Assembly: GCA_024626585.2 (NCBI GenBank) | Contig: JANKJI020000002.1 | Location: 75,545,503 to 75,564,478 of the forward strand | DNA length: 18,976 nt | Direction of reading: 5' to 3' | Origin: Ginkgo biloba | Lineage: Eukaryota; Plantae; Ginkgophyta | Shown here: one piece after another, positions 10,601-18,976 of the stretch | Numbering within the stretch: the stretch's first letter is position 1 | Layout of the letters: every line of letters begins with the position of its first letter | The notes under the pieces: model-generated | What the model was told of the DNA's origin: nothing | The model's database searches: none | Seen by the model: the letters and a program-made list of their open reading frames with translations, nothing else | Translations under genes and position numbers: made by a program

Positions 10601-11039
10601 CCTAGCATGCAAGAGTAGCACTGATCATATTAATGGATTGTTTATCTACCCTCACTAAAGTTGCTAATGATTATGCCTTGAGAAAAGCAATGGATAAAAT
10701 CAATAATGATTAGCCATCCTCTTCAAGAAATATAAACATTTTCCTTCTTAGATTCATATGGTTGTGGAAGGTGATTAAAGGAGGACCTAATGTCATAGGA
10801 ACTTGATGGTATGGTAGAGTCTAATTGATGTAAGCCCNNNNNNNNNNNNNNNNNNNNNNNNNNNNNNNNNNNNNNNNNNNNNNNNNNNNNNNNNNNNNNN
10901 NNNNNNNNNNNNNNNNNNNNNNNNNTAGATGCCACTATTGGTTGTACTCATGGATTATCCTTGGTCTCTAGGATTTTTATTTTATGTGATAAAGATTTCA
11001 CCTGAAGTATTGGATTAATGAGAAGGGGATAAAAGCATG

Positions 11040-11850
11040 CCTTAGTCAAAGTTGGAGATCCATTGCATCTAGAAAGATGTTGAGGAGAGTGAACTCACCT
11101 ATTAATTTTAATCGACTTTGACTGAAGAAGAATTTGAGCAACCTTGGTGAAGAGTGTCTATTTAGATTATTAGAGTGCATAAGTAGGATGGTGACATTAT
11201 GGACTTATGAGTTCGTTGAAGATGATTTGAGCCTATGGATTGGAGAGTGGCAGAGGTTCAATACTCACGTAGGGGAAAAATATTTTGATTCCTATGAATG
11301 CCTACAATTAGTGGGACTGGTGAATATGGTAGTAATACCAATTGTTTACATGGATTATTTGATCTAGGTGGAGATCCTTAGGTGGTTTGAGAAGGGTGAA
11401 CTCTATATCAATGAAAAGAGGCTGATAAATAATGACAAATAATTGCATCCTTATTGGGGCTCCTAGACTATGAAAATGTAGTCAACCCTCTAGTTAAGGA
11501 AAGAATACAAGTAAAGCCAAGATATATAAGGTTCTCTTTGTTGGGAAAGTAGAGTCAAAAGTTTATAGTAGGTCCAATGGATTCACTATCTTCGCCATCA
11601 CCAATTTATACGACTTGTTGGTTACTCAAATCATAGCCAAGATATTAGCATGTGGAGAAGTCTCCATCTATTTAACTATTTAATAGGCAACACTAGTCAT
11701 CCATTTGGCCATAGGAAAATATTTTAATTGGGCTTGGTGGTATGTAGATAGGTTTAATGAATTTTGTACCATGACCCAACCAACTAGAAAGTATGAATTT
11801 CCAAGAGCTCTTAGTTTTGTACCTAATGGATTTAGAATGGATTGAGAGTT
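11040..11850 (+). pseudogene. Decayed accessory ORF downstream of pol (gypsy additional-ORF / PMD- or Transposase_32-like)
   Basis: ORF 11134-11367 is followed, after frame disruption, by NGFTIFAITNLYDLLVTQIIAKILACGEVSIYLTI**ATLVIHLAIGKYFNWAWWYVDRFNEF (FNWA at 11723-11734). G..(F/V/I)NWA is recalled from accessory ORFs of plant Tat/Athila elements. Confidence 0.5.
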
Positions 11851-12019
11851 GCGGAGGGGTGGGCTTAGTAATATTGCTCAGATGCTAGGCCTGTATGACC
11901 TTAGATAGGTATGCATAAAATATAGATAAAGATGAGATAGTATCAATGGCCTCATTTAAGAAATTTTTCTTTACTCAAAAGCGTAGTAAGGTGGACTAGG
12001 AAGATGCAACCTACGAGGC

Positions 12020-12801
12020 TATTAAGCCCAATTTTTGGTGTCAACCAAGATACCATATGACATCATTTTGACTAGCTAGTTTTCATTCTCTAAATGCTGT
12101 AATGGCACACTTATTCCCTTACTGCCTAGTTGGCATTGCTATGGCCTGTGCCTCATGTTCCTAACATCAACAACTAAATGTAATTTCATATGAATTAGAT
12201 ATAATTGAGATTCATAATTAATTAAAGTGCACTCATAAATATTAATTATGTGCATGAAAAGGGTGTAATTGACATAAAAATAATGGTGTAAAAGATGAAT
12301 TATGACCATAAGATGAAAAGGGGCAAGTGGAATTAAAATATATGAGAGAATATTTAAATTATAGTTAGTTGTCTTTATCTGCAATAGGTAGCAAGATTAT
12401 GAGAGGCTCTAGAATTTTCTAAGAGCATGCTCCAACATGCATAGATGTGAAGGAAGAGGACAACTTTCAAGAGAGATTTTTAGAGTAGATATTGAGAGAG
12501 AGATAAAGAGGTTCTTGATAAATTCAAGGATTTGTAGAAAAATTATGAGGTTCTTGGAGGCATTTTTCAAGAGTTTTTTAACATTTTGGAGGTTTTGTAA
12601 CCTTGGGAGCCCACTGTAAGAGTAATTCTTATGCCTAAGGGGCACTTCTGANNNNNNNNNNNNNNNNNNNNNNNNNNNNNNNNNNNNNNNNNNNNNNNNN
12701 NNNNNNNNNNNNNNNNNNNNNNNNNNNNNNNNNNNNNNNNNNNNNNNNNNNAGTATAGCAAACTAGTCAGCCTTATTCGACCATATGCTCTAGGTGTTGC
12801 A
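12020..12801 (-). mobile_element. LTR family A, copy 4 (both termini visible; 100-N gap inside)
   Basis: The minus strand begins TGCAACACCTAG (12801) and ends ...AAAATTGGGCTTAATA (12020). It is homologous to 4341-4722 and 1-623. No PBS flanks it, and the flanks GAGGC and CTCAG do not form a TSD. Confidence 0.75.
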
Positions 12802-14130
12802 CTCAGGAATCGTCAACACAAGGTTCCAAATATTTTTAAATACTAATTTAAAATTAGGTTACCACCAGGTCAAGATTAAAGAAGAGGACACTTGAAAGAT
12901 AACTTTCAAGATGAAGTAGGGTCTTTTCTAGTGCTTAGTCATACCTTTTGGACTAACCAGTGCACCAACTATAATCATAAGGCTCATAAATGAGGTATTG
13001 TGTCCTTTTTTAGATTCTTTTATGATTATTTATGTAGATGATATCTTTATTTTTAGTCATACCTAGGAGGAACATGTGAGGCACATAGAGCAGGTTCTTT
13101 AGAAGTTGAGAACTTATGATTTGCAGGCTAACATAGAGAAGTGTGACCTCACCATGCATGGAATTTTTTATTTGGAGCTCATTATAGATGAGCATGGTTT
13201 CATAGTATATCCCACCAAGATTGAGTTATTGAGGAATTAGGGGAGATCAAGCAACATTCATGAGTTACACATATTTTTTAGATTAGAAAACTTCTATAAT
13301 AATTTTGTACTATGATTCTCTAATATATCCAATCCTCTACATCATATTAGAAAGGATAAGAAATCCTTCGTTTGGGGTATAGATCAACCCGATTCCTTCT
13401 ATGTTTTGATGCAGCATCTATGTATAGAAATAATTCTTTCTATGCCCAATTTTTATTTTCCTTTTAGGGTGGAGGTAGATACATTAGAGCATTCATTGGG
13501 AGTAGTATTGACTTAGTAAGGAAAGTTGGTTTCCTATCATTCAAAGTCATTTTTTGAGATGGTACATAGATATAACAATTACCATAAAGAGACTTATGCT
13601 ATAGTCCAATCTTTTAAGCATTAGAAATATTATCTTCATGATAAGGAAACCATCATTTATTCTAATCATTAGCCACTATTTTTTTTGCATTCCCACAACA
13701 AGTTTGAGGGTTATCAACTGTTAAGTGGATGGGTTATCTTCAATGATTCCACATTATCATTGAATATAAGAATAAGAGAACAAATAAAATGGTTGATCAT
13801 TCCTTTAGATGTCCACCTATCCATTCTTTATTACAAGGATTATACACTAAATATTTGGAATCACGGTGAAGAAAAAAATATATGTGACTAAGATAGATTC
13901 CACTTATTTTATGGAAAAGATAACATATCCTTAAGTGGAGTATTAAAATCCAACAAAATTTTATAAAATTGACTTTGAAAGAAGTGCTAAAGCCAGTCAT
14001 GAAAGGCATGCCAATATTGACCTTAGAAGGTGTGCATAATCCAAAGTTAAATAGTGGTGCTAGATTATTGATTTTTTGTATGATGATGAAACCTCATAGT
14101 GAGATGAATTCAAAATTATGGTGGACCAAG
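12802..14130 (+). pseudogene. Ty3/gypsy pol relic 1: reverse transcriptase, RNase H and start of integrase
   Basis: LGYHQVKIKEEDT*KITFK, IPFGLTSAP, YVDD (13031-13042), EEHVRHIEQVL, FVWG, FRVEVDTLEHSLGVVL, YHKETYAIVQSFKH*KYYL and IIYSNH*PL. RT-RH-INT order indicates gypsy. Many stops and frameshifts. Confidence 0.95.
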
Positions 14131-14699
14131 GCGCGCTCTGGCTCTGNNNNNNNNNNNNNNNNNNNNNNNNNNNNNNNNNNNNNNNNNNNNNNNTGTAGCT
14201 CTGTGGCCCCCTTAGGCTCTTTGGTTTCCCATTTGCATTCCCCTTACAACTATGGTTCTCAAGGGTGTGGCTTGTCTATTCTCCATCGTTCAACGTCTTG
14301 GAAATGGATTCTTTTGGCACCCAGGAGCCTTTTGGTGGGAGAAGTTTGGTTTACACCCTTTACCCTTGCTTGGGAGCGCTTCTGGTTGGTTCTTGGTTAG
14401 CCTGGGGGGAAACCTTCTTTGTTTGTTCTTTTTACGACTTCACTTGCTGTATCNNNNNNNNNNNNNNNNNNNNNNNNNNNNNNNNNNNNNNNNNNNNNNN
14501 NNNNNNNNNNNNNNNNNNNNNNNNNNNNNNNNNNNNNNNNNNNNNNNNNNNNNACTACTTTAAAATTCAAAGGTATTAAAAATTATGAAGATATTAGACT
14601 TTGATAACCAAGATCTAGGAACCTCTTTCTAATCATAGGAAGGTCCATAGGTAAGGTCTATAAAGGATTTATTTACATATTTTGATATATCTAATGAAA

Positions 14700-16816
14700 A
14701 TAAGGTTACATTAACAATATTTATAATATAATAGTGGAATGGAATGCAAATAGAAATAAAGGATGGTATGAGGTAGAAAATTAGAACTTGGTTAGACTAA
14801 AATGAGATAATGATGAAGAAGTATGCACTCAAGAATGATATGCAAAGGATATGAATGTATTTAGCATAAGAATACAATAATAAAATGGATGTGAACTTTA
14901 CATGACTCTTAGAATTGTCTATGAGTTATGGGGTGTACCATTTCATGGGTTAAATCCCCACATTTGATAGGGAGCAATAATTACTTATCCTAAGATAATG
15001 GATGTTGTAATAAACACTACTTTATAGATTGATGCAACTTAGTTCAATAAAGATGAACCATTCAAGAATCTATTCTAAGGGAATAAATACTCCTCATATT
15101 TTCATCAATCATTCTCTAAAAAGAAAGGTAACANNNNNNNNNNGAATTTTTATGAGAATAAATTTTCAAAATTAGCTTAGTAGAATAAACGAAAAGAAGT
15201 TCAACACAAATGGTAAGAAGTGTCTCAATCGAGGGGGGATACAAGGACACTAATGGAGTTATTTGAATGTGGATTAGACCAAATGAAGATAAATTATGCA
15301 CACCTATGATATAATAATAATGTCAAGCAAGATAAAAAGGAATTTTCTATGGTATGCAAGGAGAGGACATTGAGAAAGACACATCAATAAAGGCTAAGTC
15401 TTAGATCTTTGAAAGTCTTACTAATGTTTAATTGTTTGTGATTAAGGGGAAGATAAATGGATATGATGTTAGTATCCTAGGGTNNNNNNNNNNNNNNNNN
15501 NNNNNNNNNNNNNNNNNNNNNNNNNNNNNNNNNNNNNNNNNNAAATTTAAAGACATAAGAGGCCACTTACTCATATGAGGTTAGATAATGTTAATGGAGC
15601 ACAAGCCTGGGAAGAGTTTACATTATATCAACATTTAAGATTACAAGGAACATTTGGATTTTAACATCATGAAGATTGGGATATATGATATAATCCTTGG
15701 GGAAAATTACTTATGGATATATGATATCTATATTTTACCCCAATATAATATCTTACATTTCCATAAGGGAAAGAAATTAAATTTATATAGGAATTATGAC
15801 TCTTGATAGATACCTTTGGTGTAAATAGTCCAACTAAAGAGAGTGGCTAAAAAAATGACAGTCAAGAATTTGGGTTATTCTTAGGATAATTTCCTCTAAT
15901 AGAAAAGAAGACTAAATAATTTATTGAAGAGATGACATATTTATTGACAGAGTACAATAATATTTTTCCTAATGAGTTTCCAAAGAAATTGCCCATAGAA
16001 TGAGAAGTGGACCGTCAAAGTGAACTTAAACCAAGATCCATACCAGCTTATAAATTACCTTAGTATTTTATCCATGCTTAGAAGGAAGATATTGAGAAAC
16101 ATATCCATGAGTTGTTGGATCAAGGATTCATCAAACCCTTTAAATCTCCTTTTTATGTCCTAATATTAGTAATGAAGAAGAAAGAAAGATTCATAATGAT
16201 GTGTGCGTACTCTCGAGTAATAAATAAGGTCACCATCAAAGATAAGCATCCTATTATATGGATTGATGATATTTTATACACTAGGAAGATGTGGAAAAGA
16301 CTACATTAACTACAAGAGATGGTTAATGTGAGTATATAGTGATGCCCTTTAAATTGATAAATGCTCCAATTACATTCATGATATTAATGAATAATATCCT
16401 CAAGCCTTATTTGGAGAAGTTTGTGGCAATGTTATTAGATGACACCAAGAACTTTAGCAAAAGCAAGGAAGAGCATTAAGAGAACCTTTGATCGGTCTTG
16501 GGCATCCTAAGGAAGGAGAAATCATCTAATGAGTTATCCAAATGTGACTTCTACCAAAAGAAAGTCGAATATTTGGGTCACATAGTTTCACCGGATTGTA
16601 TATCAGTGCATCCCAAGAGGATAAAGGTGGTTCGTGAAATGAAAAAATCCAATAAGCGTGCACGAGGTGAGCAGTTTCCCTAATTTGCCAACTTTTAATA
16701 AAGATTTGGACTTAATTTTTCCAAGTTAGCAACTCCTTTGACTGAATTGCTCAAGAAGTCCAACAAATTTAAGTGGACAAATAAGTTCCAAGCAAGCTTT
16801 GAAATTCTAAAAGAGG
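14700..16816 (+). pseudogene. Ty3/gypsy gag-pol relic 2: gag, aspartic protease, RT and start of the RT-RNase H connection
   Basis: gag FHGLNPHI (~14941); protease LFVIKGKINGYDVSIL and YDIILG; RT ELLDQGFIKPFKSPF, KVTIKDKHPIIWIDDIL, VMPFKLINAPITF, LLDD (16432-16443, decayed YxDD), SKCDFYQKKVEYLGHIVS and PLTELLKKSNKFKW. Confidence 0.95.
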
Positions 16817-17085
16817 NNNNNNNNNNNNNNNNNNNNNNNNNNNNNNNNNNNNNNNNNNNNNNNNNNNNNNNNNNNNNNNNNNNNNNNNNNNNNNNNNNNN
16901 NNNNNNNNNNNNNNNNTTAATGCTTATGATATAAGTGAGTAACACTAATTCAACATAGATTTTTATAATATGATGTGAATGGAGAAGAATTTCTGCTGAA
17001 TTATAACTTTGAGAACATTTGAATCTCATGGGGGAAAACTATGAATAAGAGGCCCTAATAAAAGCGTACGCCATTATTCAAATAA

Positions 17086-17131
17086 TCTCTCTTCTCTTTA
17101 TTATATATAGAGAGAGAGAGAGAAGAGAGAG
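17086..17131. repeat. (TA)n/(AG)n microsatellite with a flanking 12-bp inverted repeat
   Basis: TCTCTCTTCTCT (17086-17097) and AGAGAAGAGAGA (17119-17130) are exact reverse complements around TTATTATATATAGAGAGAG. Confidence 0.85.
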
Positions 17132-17751
17132 CATGCACAATAACTTGTGCGGTGTGATGTAAGCCCGTATATATATTTGCTTATATTATATAGCCATTTA
17201 TGGGCATTTTGACAACCATAGGCACTCATCGTTATGCCAAATTCCTTATGCCGATAAGTTTAGCGGGGTGGGGGCCTGCGGATAAAAGGTAGTTCAATCA
17301 CATACTCGTGAGTCGTGACTGTAATTTTTTAATAAAGATATTAGATAGCCCCCCGGCCGCATGAATTCCATCACGTGGAACTGTAGAGTGGCATTAGGCA
17401 TAGCTACAGCTCATATTATATTTAATTTTCTAGTGTGTTGATGGTGACGATGATGATGAAGACACACAGATTGGCATCCGTGCCCGAAGAAACTCCATCG
17501 ACCATGCACAAGAAATATGCAATGGCTTCCCAAGGCAGAGTTGAGACGACCGATTCAGTTGAACGAAGAAAGAAAGAAAAGGTGATTTGCTTTCACCAAC
17601 TTTTCACCAAGCGCCTCTTTCGATCGCGTAATTTCACGAAAGTCGGCACCACATTTTAAGGGGCGAAATGAGGCGGTAATATTGTGAAGGCATCCCGAGA
17701 GTCAAAGTCTTCACTGGCCAGGCACCGAGGAGGCGGTAATACGGATACTTT

Positions 17752-18813
17752 TGATGTGAATGGAATGGAAGTTGTTCCCTATTCATTTGAGATCATTGAA
17801 TCTCAATTATAAAAGATAATGTGCAGATAAGGAAAGGGTTGGTCAATTGAATTATTGAAGGGGTTGGCTAGTTAAATTGGTCTGGCTTTTAAAAGAAAGG
17901 GTTGGCTAGTTGAATTAAAAGGTGAGCTGAGGATTTGAACCCTAAAGAGAAATTATAAGGCAAACTAAGCACCCTAGCTAGAGGTGTGTGCTAAAAGGTA
18001 GAAGGAAAGCCAAGTGAAGGTGACATTATAAAGATTGGGATGAGTGCAGATCTGTAGGGTTTAAGTGAATGAGTAGAAGAGTGTCATAATATCCAGTTGA
18101 TATTGAAGGACTAGGCAGATTACTGAGAGAGAGGCAACTTAAGTGGGACAATGTAGAATTCTATCTTGAGATAGTGAAGTGAAGGCATTGAAGAATTTAT
18201 TGGAGATAGAGAGACTATGAAATCTGAGTAGATGTGTCGACTAAGGTAGCTCAAGGTTCCAACATAAAGGCCTGACCATTTGATTTATTTAAAATTGATT
18301 ATATTATCCCTTCAATAGAGAGGAATATCCATAGATGCTAATGTAATTGGTAAAAGGTATTGATTATTAATATATCTAGATTTTTATTCCCTGAGAGGGT
18401 TTCTCTAGTTAAAATATCGTGTGTCACTTTGATGTCCTTTGTATTTTGATCCTTTTAAGTTATTTTTATGATTGAATTCCTATGGGTTGTCAATGGAGCT
18501 ATTGCCGATGTGACAGATTGAAGGCTCCACAGGCTGGAAATGATNNNNNNNNNNCACCATAGTTACTAGTAAAATAATAAAAATGATATCAATTAAAGTT
18601 TATTGACATCATCGATGTGGAGAGTTTGGAGAAGTTTGACGATCGACAGAGTTGCAGGCATTGGTGTCGATAAAATGAATCCACTGCCTATGTCAGTTTA
18701 GTTTTGGCCAACATCTGACAGGTTACAAAAAAGAAAAAGAAAATTGGATGAATTTAAAAGCATAACCATCCTAGTTGGTGCGGGCCCAAGCTATCATTCA
18801 CCATGTTGCATCA
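17752..18813 (+). mobile_element. 5' LTR (~1.06 kb) of a gypsy element with TGATG...CATCA termini (CRM-like termini)
   Basis: Starts TGATGTGAAT (17752) and ends GTTGCATCA (18813), a 5-bp terminal inverted repeat. Three internal GGGTTGG(C)TAGTT(G)AATT-like repeats lie at ~17835-17916, and a TATA-like TATAAG at ~17954. A PBS follows. Confidence 0.8.
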
Positions 18814-18815
18814 GT

Positions 18816-18827
18816 TGGTATCAAAGT
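18816..18827 (+). promoter_or_regulatory. Primer-binding site, tRNA-Met(i)
   Basis: TGGTATCAAAGT lies 2 nt after the LTR-terminal CA; 10/12 match to TGGTATCAGAGC. Confidence 0.85.
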
Positions 18828-18899
18828 ATAAGGATTTATTGTGAATACAAGCATCAACTAGTGTTAGAGTGCAAAATATAAGTCAAGATACTGCTAAGA

Positions 18900-18976
18900 A
18901 TGGATGAAGCTCCCATTCAAATGATGGAGGCCTTGGTGAAGAGAGTCAAAGATATGGGAAGAAAAGTTGAGGATAT
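18900..18976 (+). CDS. Probable N-terminal region of gag (open to the window edge)
   Basis: MDEAPIQMMEALVKRVKDMGRKVED... is a coiled-coil-like reading frame starting ~75 nt after the PBS. The call rests mainly on position. Confidence 0.45.
   Translation, partial: MDEAPIQMMEALVKRVKDMGRKVED

Larger units (their letters stand above)
745..18554. other. Assembly gaps or masked runs (14 N-runs)
   Basis: N at 745-881, 1457-1935, 4723-4822, 7811-7910, 8514-8536, 9222-9321, 10838-10925, 12652-12751, 14147-14193, 14454-14553, 15134-15143, 15484-15542, 16817-16916 and 18545-18554. The 100-N runs are typical unknown-size gap placeholders. Confidence 0.95.

Noticed and set aside
17117-17138. miR156/miR529-like AGAAGAGAGAGCA
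   Set aside because: It is part of a GA microsatellite, lacks the TGAC 5' end, and has no proper precursor stem.
17381-17434. Helitron 3' end (hairpin plus CTAGT at 17430)
   Set aside because: The stem is weak, the spacer is ~20 nt, and no 5' TC end or Rep/Hel sequence is present.
17445-17462. Complement to miR414-like TGACGATGATGATGAAGA
   Set aside because: Low-complexity (GAT)n match to a doubtful miRNA.
17435-17659. 74-aa ORF as a real gene
   Set aside because: No recognisable domain or supported gene structure; it cannot be distinguished from a chance ORF.
17733-17745. GCGGTAATACGGA resembling the SSU rRNA 530 loop
   Set aside because: Only 13 nt match and the flanks are not rRNA-like.

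Overview
This is eukaryotic, almost certainly land-plant, intergenic DNA from a gappy draft assembly with 14 N-runs, six of them exactly 100 N. A large-genome plant such as a gymnosperm is likely, but that is inference. The window is a nest of old, decayed Ty3/gypsy LTR-retrotransposon pieces, and I see no intact protein-coding gene, RNA gene, CRISPR array or prokaryotic system. Recognisable parts are: (1) four copies of one LTR family ('A', minus orientation, Arg-type PBS); (2) a Met-PBS LTR at 4892-5455; (3) a Tat/Athila-type integrase split by an insert and followed by a degenerate repeat array and an accessory ORF relic; (4) two separate decayed gypsy pol regions at 12802-14130 and ~14700-16816; (5) a TGATG...CATCA LTR with PBS and the start of gag at the right end. 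The most interesting oddities are an apparently antisense gag-like ORF inside family A, the 3' accessory ORF, a CpG-retaining island rich in short hairpins at 17030-17750, and a possible spliced minus-strand transcript at ~880-1456. All alignments and translations were done by eye.
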